Below the pieces are notes generated by a model. It searched no databases. It had not been told where the DNA came from and saw nothing but the letters and a program-made list of their open reading frames with translations. Position numbers and translations under genes: made by a program. Positions 15,688 through 25,062 of a stretch of 34,973 nucleotides of DNA are shown here, in pieces (within the stretch, counting starts at the first letter, position 1; each line of letters opens with the position of its first letter). Source of the DNA: a virus (lineage: Duplodnaviria; Caudoviricetes); the IMG/VR virus record IMGVR_UViG_3300020403_000039, positions 1-34,973 of that record; one strand, 5' to 3'.

Positions 15688-15945
15688 ATGGCAGCACGAG
15701 TTAACTATCCCGTACCACCTTGTCCTAAATGTGGTTGGAAGACGAACCGCGTTAAAAACACTTACTACAGCGAAGATGGGCGCATTGTGCGCTACAGAGA
15801 ATGTGACGATTGCCAATGGCGTTGGTGGACTTGTCAGTACCCGGAATTAAGTATCGACATGGGTAAATTCCGTATTCAAATTCCTACTTGGCGTGACCCG
15901 CATAGAAGCCGTAAGCAAGTCAAGATTATTCCAGTTAAGAAATAG
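15688..15945 (+). CDS. NrdR-like zinc-ribbon protein (no ATP-cone)
   Basis: CPKCG...RV..T....G.IVRYRECDDCQWRWWT. Confidence 0.75.
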   Translation: MAARVNYPVPPCPKCGWKTNRVKNTYYSEDGRIVRYRECDDCQWRWWTCQYPELSIDMGKFRIQIPTWRDPHRSRKQVKIIPVKK

Positions 15946-15967
15946 ACTTAGTCCCTAATGTCTGGGA

Positions 15968-16153
15968 ATGGATGACTCAACGTTCCAGGTAGAACGGTTG
16001 CCTGATGGGTGGTATCGAGTTTGCTCTCCCAGTGGTGCGGTGTGTATTGATAGTTTTTGTGAATTGCGTGCCTACTCCATCGGGAGAACGCTGTACTACT
16101 GTTCGAGCCACTCGGCTATGCGAGCCTCGCGTGCCTCCGTCCAAAACTCTTGA
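15968..16153 (+). CDS. Small hypothetical protein
   Basis: TAGACT -10 at 15943; 3' end overlaps the convergent HNH gene. Confidence 0.45.
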   Translation: MDDSTFQVERLPDGWYRVCSPSGAVCIDSFCELRAYSIGRTLYYCSSHSAMRASRASVQNS

Positions 16154-16404
16154 CCCAGGTACCACTGCTTCCAGTCGTGGCCTGACTTGTGACTATTACA
16201 GGAGAAACAGCAGCCAACCAGATTCTTCTGTTCGGTTAGGCCGCCTTTCCATTTTGGAATGACGTGGTCGAGGGTGGCGTTTTTGCCGAGTGGTTCGGCG
16301 CAGTAAGCGCAGCAGTAGTTCCACTCTTGAAGGATTCTGTCTCGGAAGCGTATCTTCGCCTGCTTCCTTGGTACTAACTCAGTTCCGTCAATTTGATGAT
16401 CCAT
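16096..16404 (-). CDS. HNH endonuclease
   Basis: CAYC...TLDHVIPKWKGG....NLVGCCFSCNSHK. Confidence 0.93.
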   Translation of the reverse strand: MDHQIDGTELVPRKQAKIRFRDRILQEWNYCCAYCAEPLGKNATLDHVIPKWKGGLTEQKNLVGCCFSCNSHKSGHDWKQWYLGQEFWTEAREARIAEWLEQ

Positions 16405-16467
16405 GCAGTAGCCCTTTTAAGGTCTGCAAGATCAACGTCCCAGCTGTTATAAGTGTAACTAGCTTTA

Positions 16468-17202
16468 CTATTCCTTTATAACTTTGCAGGCTCTCTTGTA
16501 AAGAGTAAGGCGGTCTTCGATGCCGTTATATCCGCCGTTTAGCACACGAGTTACTTGATATACGTCAGTTCCTTCACAGACTGCAGCCCAGTTGTTCTCT
16601 TCGATCCAGCAAACTGCGGATAGAAACGGGTACTGCTTTGCGACGTAGTCTGCGCCTTCTTCCATTACTTTGTCGTCGGCCATGCCGTTACGTTCCAGCC
16701 AGTTGCTGAAGCGTTGGTAGTTGTAGCGGCCGGTTAGTTGGATGCAACCACCGCCGAAAAAGATTTTGCCGTCGCCTGGTCCGTTGCCCAGGTCGCTGCG
16801 GTTGTCGTACATGCGGGTGAAGTAGTCGTCGTCGCCGAGTTCCTTCATCCAGCGGTAACGGCCGGTTTCGTGTGCTGTCTGAGAAATAAGGTGTCGGCGT
16901 TGTTGCACACTCGTCATGCCGGTGCTGTAGATGAGCTTGTTGAGGTCGCCCATAAACTTGTCGTCAAAATGATGAGGCTTCCAGCCTGAAATTTCTGCGA
17001 CCTGTTCAGCACTGACGAGCCACCTGCCTTCTTTGGGTGCTACAGCAGTTGACCAAGTTTTGTACCACTCTTGGTCGCGGTCAAAGCAGTCGGGGCATAG
17101 CTGCAGAATCTTCTGCTCGAGTTCAAGCAAGCCGGCTGTTTGGTGCCCAAGCTTCTTGTAGTACCTGAACAGGTCAAGAAGTCGGATCTGTCTCGTGCTC
17201 AT
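16468..17202 (-). CDS. Endolysin, glycoside hydrolase family 19
   Basis: QTAHETG, DLGN..GDG..F.GGGCIQLTGRYNY and TRVLNGGYNGIEDR motifs. Confidence 0.9.
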   Translation of the reverse strand: MSTRQIRLLDLFRYYKKLGHQTAGLLELEQKILQLCPDCFDRDQEWYKTWSTAVAPKEGRWLVSAEQVAEISGWKPHHFDDKFMGDLNKLIYSTGMTSVQQRRHLISQTAHETGRYRWMKELGDDDYFTRMYDNRSDLGNGPGDGKIFFGGGCIQLTGRYNYQRFSNWLERNGMADDKVMEEGADYVAKQYPFLSAVCWIEENNWAAVCEGTDVYQVTRVLNGGYNGIEDRLTLYKRACKVIKE

Positions 17203-17583
17203 CTAACCAGTGGTAGTGAATGCTTAGCGGCGGACCCAAACCAGTCGTATCCGTACCAGGGTGGTGCGTGACGATGGTGCGTGGTTTGTCTCCAGGTTGC
17301 GCGGCGTGCCAAGCATCAATCTCGGCGTCGATACGGGGCTTCAGCGCTGCGTGGAACTTGAAAGCCTGAGCGTGCTTTTTTAGGTGGTCGGTCCAGTGTT
17401 TATCACCAAACCGAACCAGCCAAACACCGTCTTCGGGTATGCCGCTTACTTTTTTGGGAACACGCGGGTCAGGATTTCCAGCACAATCTGAATGATGCTG
17501 TTGCTGCGAAGAGGCGACAACGCGATGATTTCAGATGCAGCGGCAAGGCCGATTGCGATCATTGCGGTGGTGACGGGATCCAT
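17174..17583 (-). CDS. Predicted -1 frameshift fusion of the holin-like protein (~136 aa)
   Basis: TTC CCA AAA AAG TAA slippery run, followed by a 91-codon open -1 frame with no early start codon. Confidence 0.65.
17446..17583 (-). CDS. Small membrane protein, holin-like (45 aa)
   Basis: MDPVTTAMIAIGLAAASEIIALSPLRSNSIIQIVLEILTRVFPKK; upstream of the endolysin; TAGACT -10. Confidence 0.75.
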   Translation of the reverse strand: MDPVTTAMIAIGLAAASEIIALSPLRSNSIIQIVLEILTRVFPKK

Positions 17584-17619
17584 TGACGACAGAACGGATT
17601 ACAAGCAGTCTAATGCTAC

Positions 17620-17865
17620 TTAGCGCCGCGATTCAAGCACTTTTAGGCGTGCGTTATGATCCACCATCATTTCTAAGACCATTTTGCGGTCGGTTTTCAT
17701 TTCCTCGCGCATTTGACTTAGCTGCTTATTGATGTTTTCGGCTACTGTACTAAGCCTGACAATACTCTCTTTTGCTTTTGTATTATTTTCTATGTTGGCG
17801 AGCCAAGCCGTACCACCTAGTCCGAGACTGGTTGCCGCTAGTGCTGCTGCGATTTCAATTCTCAC
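17620..17865 (-). CDS. Membrane-anchored coiled-coil protein (lysis module)
   Basis: N-terminal hydrophobic helix followed by a heptad coiled coil. Confidence 0.7.
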   Translation of the reverse strand: MRIEIAAALAATSLGLGGTAWLANIENNTKAKESIVRLSTVAENINKQLSQMREEMKTDRKMVLEMMVDHNARLKVLESRR

Positions 17866-17896
17866 AGCGGCAGCTCAGCCAACTCTCATAAGCAGT

Positions 17897-18025
17897 TTAC
17901 AGAAGCGGATCTTTTTTGCCCTCAAGGATTGCCACCGCACGTTTATAGAAGAAAGTGTCGGTACGGCCCTGTTGTTCCATAAGCTCTTTAATCTTTTTCC
18001 AGTTTTCGTATGTATGGCGGTCCAT
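17897..18025 (-). CDS. Cyanophage-type small protein (42 aa)
   Basis: MDRHTYENWKKIKELMEQQGRTDTFFYKRAVAILEGKKDPLL; TAATG-coupled. Confidence 0.75.
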   Translation of the reverse strand: MDRHTYENWKKIKELMEQQGRTDTFFYKRAVAILEGKKDPLL

Positions 18026-18159
18026 TACTTCCCTTGTCCCCGGTACATCTTTTTATTGTGTCGGGGGCGGGAGGTGTTGCCTTGACCTTGCCGAGTCTTT
18101 TTAGGTTTACCGGACTTGAATTCAGTGCGAGCAAGTCCGGTGCGTGATTTAACGGCCAT
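18025..18159 (-). CDS. Basic small protein ending YRGQGK (44 aa)
   Basis: MAVKSRTGLARTEFKSGKPKKTRQGQG...KKMYRGQGK; recognisable marine phage mini-protein. Confidence 0.75.
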   Translation of the reverse strand: MAVKSRTGLARTEFKSGKPKKTRQGQGNTSRPRHNKKMYRGQGK

Positions 18160-18162
18160 TAG

Positions 18163-18627
18163 TTAGGAAGGCTCAGTGGGCCAAACAACGTTCCAGGGGA
18201 AACCGCTTTGTTCTGGTACAGCGCGAAGCTGCTGGCGGTAAGTTGCCCATGCCGTTTTGTCGGCATCAGAAAGCGGGCTATCGAGAAGCTGCGTCCAATC
18301 GCAATCAGCTAAGCGCTGGTTCCGCAGAGCACGCACTTCATCTGACTTATCAGCTAGGCGTTCTGCAATTTCTTCTGCGCTGGCTGCTGTGACTTCCCAA
18401 GTCATCAGCCATTGGCCGCTGTCAAGCGTTGGGTCAACTTGATTGCAGTCCTGATTTGCCGGGTTGTAATCCGGTTTCGGCTGGTCAACAACAGGGAAAA
18501 CGTTCCAGTCTGCAAGCAACTCGTTCGATGGGTTGCGTGGAAAGCTGGTGTTGGGGTTGTCTCGTCTCAGGTCGCCGATTGAGTAGGGAAAAGTCTCGAC
18601 GGTCTGATTGGGGGCAAGAACGTACAT
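18163..18627 (-). CDS. Tail fibre assembly chaperone-like protein
   Basis: RALRNQRLADCDWTQL...WATYRQQLRAVP...FPWNVVWP. Confidence 0.8.
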   Translation of the reverse strand: MYVLAPNQTVETFPYSIGDLRRDNPNTSFPRNPSNELLADWNVFPVVDQPKPDYNPANQDCNQVDPTLDSGQWLMTWEVTAASAEEIAERLADKSDEVRALRNQRLADCDWTQLLDSPLSDADKTAWATYRQQLRAVPEQSGFPWNVVWPTEPS

Positions 18628-18659
18628 GATCGCTGCGGAGATAGCTTCAGTCTAGGTCG

Positions 18660-19322
18660 CTATAAAGCAACCTTACGGAATGGGCGGACTACCATGCCAC
18701 TTGAAGTTGTTTTAGTCTCTGGATAATCTTCACCAGTTCGAAACCTTACATACATTGCAGTGTATGTAAAAGGGGAAGAGAATTGTGTAGAACTCCAATA
18801 GTACTTACTAGCACCGGCCCTAAAAGCCTCGTCTCCACCTGTTTGAAAAGCAGTTACTGATGTTTGAGCAGGGTTGCTGGTTGTGTAGTTGCTAGTTCTC
18901 GCGGGAACTGAATAATCGTTTATGCCGTCACTGGTGTGGTTGTTTTGAGTGCCTGGTTTTAAATTGTAGTAGGCAATGTTAAGTTCTTCAACTGCAGGTA
19001 AGTACCAATCGGTGTAGCCGCCGCCAGTGTAATCAGCGCAGTATTTTGCTGCAGGGTGATCATTATTATTCATGTTGGCAGTATTTGCGGCGCCGTCATA
19101 AACGCTTGACGTACCACTTGTAGAAGAAGCGGTTGTTTTAAATTGGATAGTAAGAGACTCATCGTCTCGTGGTGCAACAATCAAAGCATGAGTGGCAACA
19201 CTATTCGCGGTGTGGCTAATTAAACCAGCGTAAAAGCCGCCTTGAAGTGCTCCGCCAATCGCTGGCAACACAAGACCGCTATCAGAAGCAGCCATAAACA
19301 TGCGGAAAGAATTGGGATCCAT
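18660..19322 (-). CDS. DUF1566/C-type-lectin-like adhesin
   Basis: GYTDWYLPAVEEL, YWSST and VRPFRK motifs; directly follows a fibre gene. Confidence 0.7.
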   Translation of the reverse strand: MDPNSFRMFMAASDSGLVLPAIGGALQGGFYAGLISHTANSVATHALIVAPRDDESLTIQFKTTASSTSGTSSVYDGAANTANMNNNDHPAAKYCADYTGGGYTDWYLPAVEELNIAYYNLKPGTQNNHTSDGINDYSVPARTSNYTTSNPAQTSVTAFQTGGDEAFRAGASKYYWSSTQFSSPFTYTAMYVRFRTGEDYPETKTTSSGMVVRPFRKVAL

Positions 19323-19337
19323 GCTGTTACCTCCTAA

Positions 19338-20966
19338 TCAGTTGCTGTAATCAACAAGGGCTGCACCACGGAATGTAGTGCCTCCATTGGAAGTGGCAAA
19401 CATAAATAAATGTGTGCGGGCATCTGTAATTTCCGGGGCGGTCTGGCCTGCATCATTATTCCAATAAACGGAATTGGGCCAATTGATTGCAGTATTAGTG
19501 CCAGTACACGTCACTTGAAGGGTAAAAGAATAGGCACGCGAGGATGGTACGTTGCTGAATGTAAAAGTCTGAGTAGAGCTTATTGATTTTGTGAAGTAAT
19601 TACCAGTAGAGCAGTCAATATCAAGTGCGCTAACGGCTTCGACGTTTGAGACGTATGTACCGTCTACATCCAGTCCTGCGCAGTCAACTTCACCGGTAAT
19701 ATCTACATCACCAGTCGATGAAATTGTTAGCCGCGTTGTCCCGTCAGTATCAAACGACAGCGAGTCGGTGCTGTGAGCATACGTAATACGACCAGCGTCA
19801 CTAACAACTGCGTCACCAAAAAAGATGAAGTTTCTGGCACTCTCTCCATCAATTTTTTGGCGAATAACTGTGTCATCACTAGCACCAGTACCGAGGTTAC
19901 GTAGCTGCAGCGTTGCATCTGTTCCTGTTGTGGTTCGGATGTCAACAGGATATGAAGGCGAGGTTGTGCCGATACCGAGTTCGCCAGCAATAGTGGCGTC
20001 ATTAGATATAACAGCATTAGTAATGTATGCAGTATTTGTCGTGAGAAAATCTGCAGTTACGCCACTAGCGAACGTGGCAGATCCATCTGCAAGGATTTCA
20101 CTATTTACAGTTCCATTTAGTTTTCCCTGATAGACGGCAAACCCACCAGCGGTAGTATTTGCACTAAATAATTGTGCATATACTTGTTGATCAGTGGTGA
20201 CGCTGCCGTCAAACGTAGCAGCACCATCACTGGCAATACGCAGTCTTTCGGTATAACTGCTGCCGTTGTAAGTGCGGAAAATATGGCTTCCACCGCCCGT
20301 ATTATTTCTAGCGTCGTAGTAAGTGCCTGCTCCCATTTGACGGAAACGGGAAAATTGATTGGTCCCATCAGCGTCTTGAAGTCTGATTTCAGGATTAGCG
20401 TCTGAAATATGCAGATCTGCTGAAGGGCTTGCAATGCCAATGCCAATTTGACCTGCAAAATAGGCGTCACCCGTTCCACCAAAAAACCTGACGTTGTTTG
20501 TGCCTGAGGAATCATCTAGGTAGATGTTTCCACTGTCGCTCGCATCTTTTGATATTTGGATGACGTTTTGCGTGCCGCTTACGTTTTTAACAAGTATTGC
20601 GTTCGTGCTGGAGTTAATTTCAAAATTTAGTGTGCCCGTTACGGTGTCGCCGTGGGCATTCACAAATTCGCCGGCCAAGCTGCGCCAAGCGCTACCGTCC
20701 CAAACCTTTAGATCGTAGTTACCGCCTGTTGTATCGAGCCATTGCTCGCCAACTGAGTTACCGGTTTCGCCGCCGGTTGCAGGAGTGCTGTTAGGTGCGG
20801 ACGATCCAACGTGGACTGGCCCGACTTTCGTGATGGTTCCGGCAGCATCTTTAAAAAACAAGCCAGGGCTTGTTGCGTTCGTGTTTACTGCAATCTGCCC
20901 ATCGGACATTGCACTGCCGGTGGGACGCTTATTTGCAGTATTGGAGCGCAGATTCTGCAGGGCCAT
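19338..20966 (-). CDS. Tail fibre protein
   Basis: Repeated GIGT.SP..L.I / ERLRI..G modules; C-terminal DCSTGNYF...WP.SV.W domain. Confidence 0.85.
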   Translation of the reverse strand: MALQNLRSNTANKRPTGSAMSDGQIAVNTNATSPGLFFKDAAGTITKVGPVHVGSSAPNSTPATGGETGNSVGEQWLDTTGGNYDLKVWDGSAWRSLAGEFVNAHGDTVTGTLNFEINSSTNAILVKNVSGTQNVIQISKDASDSGNIYLDDSSGTNNVRFFGGTGDAYFAGQIGIGIASPSADLHISDANPEIRLQDADGTNQFSRFRQMGAGTYYDARNNTGGGSHIFRTYNGSSYTERLRIASDGAATFDGSVTTDQQVYAQLFSANTTAGGFAVYQGKLNGTVNSEILADGSATFASGVTADFLTTNTAYITNAVISNDATIAGELGIGTTSPSYPVDIRTTTGTDATLQLRNLGTGASDDTVIRQKIDGESARNFIFFGDAVVSDAGRITYAHSTDSLSFDTDGTTRLTISSTGDVDITGEVDCAGLDVDGTYVSNVEAVSALDIDCSTGNYFTKSISSTQTFTFSNVPSSRAYSFTLQVTCTGTNTAINWPNSVYWNNDAGQTAPEITDARTHLFMFATSNGGTTFRGAALVDYSN

Positions 20967-21014
20967 TCCTTAACACCAGTTGCCTGGCCGGAAATTACTC
21001 TTGCATTCTAGTGA

Positions 21015-23690
21015 TCAGTATGTACCGTCATCCAGCTGGCTGGTTAGTGCAACCGTTCCAGTGGCGTTAGGCAGTGAGATTGTGCGGTCGGCTGTTGGGT
21101 CGATAAGGGTAAGCGTGGTGTCATTAGTTGTACCTTCAAATACAAGGCTGCCGGTTGTGCCGACCAAAAGCTGGCCGGTGATCGTTCCACCGGAGCCGGA
21201 AAGTGCCGCATCAGCAATGTCCTTGACGGTTTTGATTGCGTTAGCCGTTGCAGCCAGCGTTGTTGATGTGGATGAAGTGCTGTCGCTCAGTTGAACAACA
21301 CCTGCGGCTGATGTTGAGGCAGAAACGATTTTGCTGGCTGCGATTGCAGCAGAGCCGCTGATGTCAGCATTGACGATCGAACCAGCGGCAATCGACGTTA
21401 CGCCGGCGTTGGTGATGCTGATGTCACCCGTAATTGCTACTGCGGTTGGGACGTTAGTAGCACTACCAATCAGCAGGTGAGCATCAGTTAAATCCTCTAG
21501 TTTTGTAAATGCAATTCCGGCACTAGCACTAACGTCGTCATTAGTGATTGTGCCGTCAGCAATCATCGTGCTGGTGACAGTGCCGGTGTCGCCGCTAGTG
21601 ATGATCGTTCCACTCACATCGGGGAACGTCAGAGTGCGGTCAGCCGTTGGGTCGGCTACCGCCAGCGTTGTTTCGAACTCATCAGGTGTTGGACCTTCAA
21701 AAACCAATGAACCGGTATTACCGATCTCGAGGGTTCCGGTAATGGTGCTGGTACCTGCTTTAGATACTTTTTCGGTGTCTAGTTCTTGTAGTGCTGTTTG
21801 AACATTGGTGGATTGGATGCCGCCGTACGGCGTAAAACTGATGTTCGTTGCTTGCTGTGATGCAATAAAGCTCGAAACATCGAGTAGTTCCCAAGTTGTC
21901 CCGTTAGACAGCAAAATGTCCGGCGGGTTTAGTGCTACAGCAGGTGCAGGAGCTGTTCCTGTACCTTGCTCACTGACGACAACGTAGTACTGACTATTGG
22001 TTGATGCTGCAGCAGGAAGTGCAGAGCCAGCGGTCAAACCTGCGGCTTCGCCTGCGGTTGTTACTGAAGCAACAGTATTTGTTGAGGCGTCATACGTTCC
22101 AGAAAAAACAATTTCACCGCTGGTAATAGTGACGGGCTGCCAAGCATTACCGTCCCAGAGGTACAGATCGCGGTTGATCGCGTCAAAGAAAAACTCGCCT
22201 TTGAAGTACGCCTCGGGGAAAGTGACGACGCCTTCGCTAGAACCGGCGCCCGCAAACGTAACTGTTGATGAGTCGGCAAGTTTTTCGCCGGTGACAGAGT
22301 TATTGGCGATTCGTGCAGTATCTAGCGTTCCACTGGTGATCTTGGAGGTGTCAAGATTCGGAATGTCTGCCGCAACAAGGTTTAGTCCTGCGGTGACGAT
22401 TCCTCGTGCGTTGACGGTGACTTTTGCGTGAGTTCCGGCGACAACACCGCTATTTGAGATTGAAAGTGCGCCAGCACTGTCGACTTCTAAACCACCAGAA
22501 GCTGGAGTACTTACACCGCCGATTGCAGATGGGGTGGCTTTTGGCAGGTCACTTGCAGCCAGGCCAGTGGTGCCTGTGATTAGGCCGTTGCCGTCAAATG
22601 TAATACCGTTAGCCGTTGCACCGGTCAGTGTGTTGGTGATGCTGAGGGCGCCTGTTCCGCTAACGGTCAAGCCCGAGTCTGCGGCTGCGCTAACGGCACC
22701 AATGGTGGTTGTAGTTGCCACCGGCATGTCACTTGCAGTCAGTGCTGCGGTGCCAGTGACGTGGCCTTGGGCATCAAATGTAATACCGTTAGACGTTCCA
22801 GGGGTGACGGCGTTAGTGTGGCCGATGTCCCCTGTGGTTTTGTCTAAGCCACGATCTAGGGATTCCGCTGGGATTTTTGCGGCTGTGACGGTGTTATTGC
22901 TGAGTTTTCCACCGTCGATACCGCTGCTGAGTTTGGCGTCGGTGACTGCCGCGTCAATGATGGAGTTTGTATTGACTGAGATGTCAGCCAGCTCACTTGC
23001 ACCAACGGCGTTTGCCGCAATTTGAAGTGCAGTAATACTGTCGTTTTCTAGTTTTGCACCTGGAATAGATGCGTTGGCAAAGTTAGTTTTTGCGTAAGTA
23101 ACTGCTCCGCTGGCGATTTGACTTGTGCCAACAGCTCCAGCGGTGATTGTTGTGGCGAAGGTGCCGGTGCCGCTACCTGTAACCGGACCAGTCAGGATGA
23201 TGACTTGGTCGCCAGTGTTGGTGCCGGAGCTTGTGCCGCTAAAAGTGCCGTCTTGGGTGGCAAGCGTTCCAAGGCCAAGGGTGACTCGTTGCGCTGCTGC
23301 ATCAATGTCGTCAAGCAGTGCGCGACCTGCTGCGGTGCAGGGGATTTCTTCTACATCGCCGCTACCTGCACTGGAACGTCCCAGCAGGATGTCGGTGTTT
23401 ACGTTTTGAAATTTTGCAAAAGTGATTGCGTCGGCGGCAACCTTAATTTCTGTTACTGATAGATCAACAAGTTCAGTAGTGCCGACACTGCCAGCGCTGA
23501 TGGTGCTGCCTGAAATTTTTGCCGCTGGAATAGTGGCATCGTCTACTAGGTCAAAACCGCCTTCAAGAAAATCTTTGACGGTAATCTTTTTTGTCTCTGC
23601 TGCTGATAAATCAGCAACGGCCACTGGATCAGTGCCCTGCAGCGAGGTTCCAGCCAGTGCAGGCAGATTAGAAATCTCAAGATCTGGCAA
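21015..23690 (-). CDS. Long tail fibre / virion structural protein
   Basis: 891 aa, G/T/S/A-rich; VT.AK[IL] repeats, two NGITFD repeats, two GSLVFEG..DPTADRT repeats. Confidence 0.85.
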   Translation of the reverse strand: MPDLEISNLPALAGTSLQGTDPVAVADLSAAETKKITVKDFLEGGFDLVDDATIPAAKISGSTISAGSVGTTELVDLSVTEIKVAADAITFAKFQNVNTDILLGRSSAGSGDVEEIPCTAAGRALLDDIDAAAQRVTLGLGTLATQDGTFSGTSSGTNTGDQVIILTGPVTGSGTGTFATTITAGAVGTSQIASGAVTYAKTNFANASIPGAKLENDSITALQIAANAVGASELADISVNTNSIIDAAVTDAKLSSGIDGGKLSNNTVTAAKIPAESLDRGLDKTTGDIGHTNAVTPGTSNGITFDAQGHVTGTAALTASDMPVATTTTIGAVSAAADSGLTVSGTGALSITNTLTGATANGITFDGNGLITGTTGLAASDLPKATPSAIGGVSTPASGGLEVDSAGALSISNSGVVAGTHAKVTVNARGIVTAGLNLVAADIPNLDTSKITSGTLDTARIANNSVTGEKLADSSTVTFAGAGSSEGVVTFPEAYFKGEFFFDAINRDLYLWDGNAWQPVTITSGEIVFSGTYDASTNTVASVTTAGEAAGLTAGSALPAAASTNSQYYVVVSEQGTGTAPAPAVALNPPDILLSNGTTWELLDVSSFIASQQATNISFTPYGGIQSTNVQTALQELDTEKVSKAGTSTITGTLEIGNTGSLVFEGPTPDEFETTLAVADPTADRTLTFPDVSGTIITSGDTGTVTSTMIADGTITNDDVSASAGIAFTKLEDLTDAHLLIGSATNVPTAVAITGDISITNAGVTSIAAGSIVNADISGSAAIAASKIVSASTSAAGVVQLSDSTSSTSTTLAATANAIKTVKDIADAALSGSGGTITGQLLVGTTGSLVFEGTTNDTTLTLIDPTADRTISLPNATGTVALTSQLDDGTY

Positions 23691-23730
23691 GGTTTTGCCC
23701 CCTCAAGCTGTAGAGCTGTATAGGTGTATT

Positions 23731-24591
23731 CTAATCTTCCAAAAGTAAGCGGCTTCCGTCCTCTTGTAGCAAGAAATCGCCGCTCTCTTGTAGCAAATAA
23801 GCAGGCGGTTTGCCTTGCTTCAGCACAATTTGCTCAGAGGTGACGAAGTCAACCCGCGTTTCGATGGCGCGGTCGTTTGATACCGAAACAGCGACGTTGG
23901 TGATAACGCACTTGGTTTCGTACCAGACGCTTTCAGGTTGCTCTGGTGTTCCGGCAAAGATGAAAAAGCGGCCGTGGAAATCTGCGCCTTGCTGCACACG
24001 AACCACCAGACGTGCCAGGTAAGACGGGAACTCTGCGGTAGTTGCGCCGTAACCGCTGCCGGCGATTAAGCCGTTACTTTCCCACAGGCAGTTGAGGGTT
24101 CCTTGGCCGGAAATCAAACCTTTTTCGTACTGGTCGCGGAACTCGTTGCCGAGGGCTGTGAGGTCTACGGTGTCGCGACTGGTGGTTATTTCGAAGTCGC
24201 GAATCCGCGCCATGAAGCGGTAGCGATCGTTTTTGGTTTGGAGTGTGATGTTTTGGGCTGCGCTTGGTGCGACTAACTGAACAGCGTCGCTTTGCTGACC
24301 AGACAGCGAGGCATCAAATCTTTCAAACAGGCGGATGCCGCCTGCATCATCAATGTGGATATACCACGTTCCATCCGGGTAGCTGTGGTCAGATACGAGT
24401 TCTAGTGTTGAGCCGTCAGTAGTGGCGATTTCTACGCGATCGCCTGTAACTAAAGACGAGATATTGAAGTCTACGGAAAAGCGCCGCCTTGATACGTTGA
24501 CATCACTGGGGTCCAGTGTTGTCGCGATTGGGGAATCTGTTGAGTCGCGATCTAACTCAACGGAACCCGTGTATCCAAGGTAAACCGACAT
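23731..24591 (-). CDS. Structural protein with tail-tube-like segment
   Basis: IRDFEITTSRDTVDLTALG resembles the major tail protein; C-terminal LLQESGDFLLQEDG. Confidence 0.7.
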   Translation of the reverse strand: MSVYLGYTGSVELDRDSTDSPIATTLDPSDVNVSRRRFSVDFNISSLVTGDRVEIATTDGSTLELVSDHSYPDGTWYIHIDDAGGIRLFERFDASLSGQQSDAVQLVAPSAAQNITLQTKNDRYRFMARIRDFEITTSRDTVDLTALGNEFRDQYEKGLISGQGTLNCLWESNGLIAGSGYGATTAEFPSYLARLVVRVQQGADFHGRFFIFAGTPEQPESVWYETKCVITNVAVSVSNDRAIETRVDFVTSEQIVLKQGKPPAYLLQESGDFLLQEDGSRLLLED

Positions 24592-25046
24592 CAGACAAGT
24601 GTGCTTTGAATAGCTCTTCCGCTAACTTCGAATGAAACGTCTACAGACATAACTTCGCCGACTGCCATGTTCATGCTGACGCCTGTAATCCAGGCATAAA
24701 CCTCGATGTATTTGTTGGCGTCTGCGTGGAGCTTAAAAGTAACGCTCGCTGATTGTTGCGGGGTAATAGGATCTACTCCGTCGTCAATGCCGGAGCCACC
24801 AGTTTTGATAATGTTGTCGATAAATTTACTGGCGTCTGACGTTCCGCCACCAGTGCCAGTGGTGTAATAAAAAACGCGGCAGCTTCCGCTCATGCTGCGA
24901 ACACCGTTAACCAGTGTTCGGTCAGTATCTTCAAGGCTGGTTGTTTCCAGCACGGCTTGTGACGCATTCAGCGACCAGTTTTGGACCTTGCCAATTTTGT
25001 CAGGCCCTAGGTATAGCTGACCGTCAAGACCGCTGTAAAACGCCAT
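24591..25046 (-). CDS. Tail-tube-like minor protein
   Basis: FYSGLDGQL, VQNWSL..LETTSLED and VSFEVSG motifs. Confidence 0.7.
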   Translation of the reverse strand: MAFYSGLDGQLYLGPDKIGKVQNWSLNASQAVLETTSLEDTDRTLVNGVRSMSGSCRVFYYTTGTGGGTSDASKFIDNIIKTGGSGIDDGVDPITPQQSASVTFKLHADANKYIEVYAWITGVSMNMAVGEVMSVDVSFEVSGRAIQSTLV

Positions 25047-25062
25047 GATGCGTCACTTTACG

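Noticed and set aside
16096-16404. HNH gene as a mobile homing element or intron
   Set aside because: Free-standing, does not interrupt a gene, and no intron structure seen; small HNH genes near lysis genes are common.
16455-16468. Second GTA-N8-TAC (GTAACTAGCTTTAC) upstream of the HNH gene
   Set aside because: Weaker inner consensus and no functional link; six fixed bases occur by chance several times in 35 kb.
18660-18800. Diversity-generating retroelement variable region
   Set aside because: No template repeat or reverse transcriptase visible in the window.
21060-22800. Nucleotide repeats in the long fibre gene (e.g. TCAAATGTAATACCGTTAG twice)
   Set aside because: In-frame protein repeats (NGITFD; GSLVFEG..DPTADRT), ordinary for fibres.
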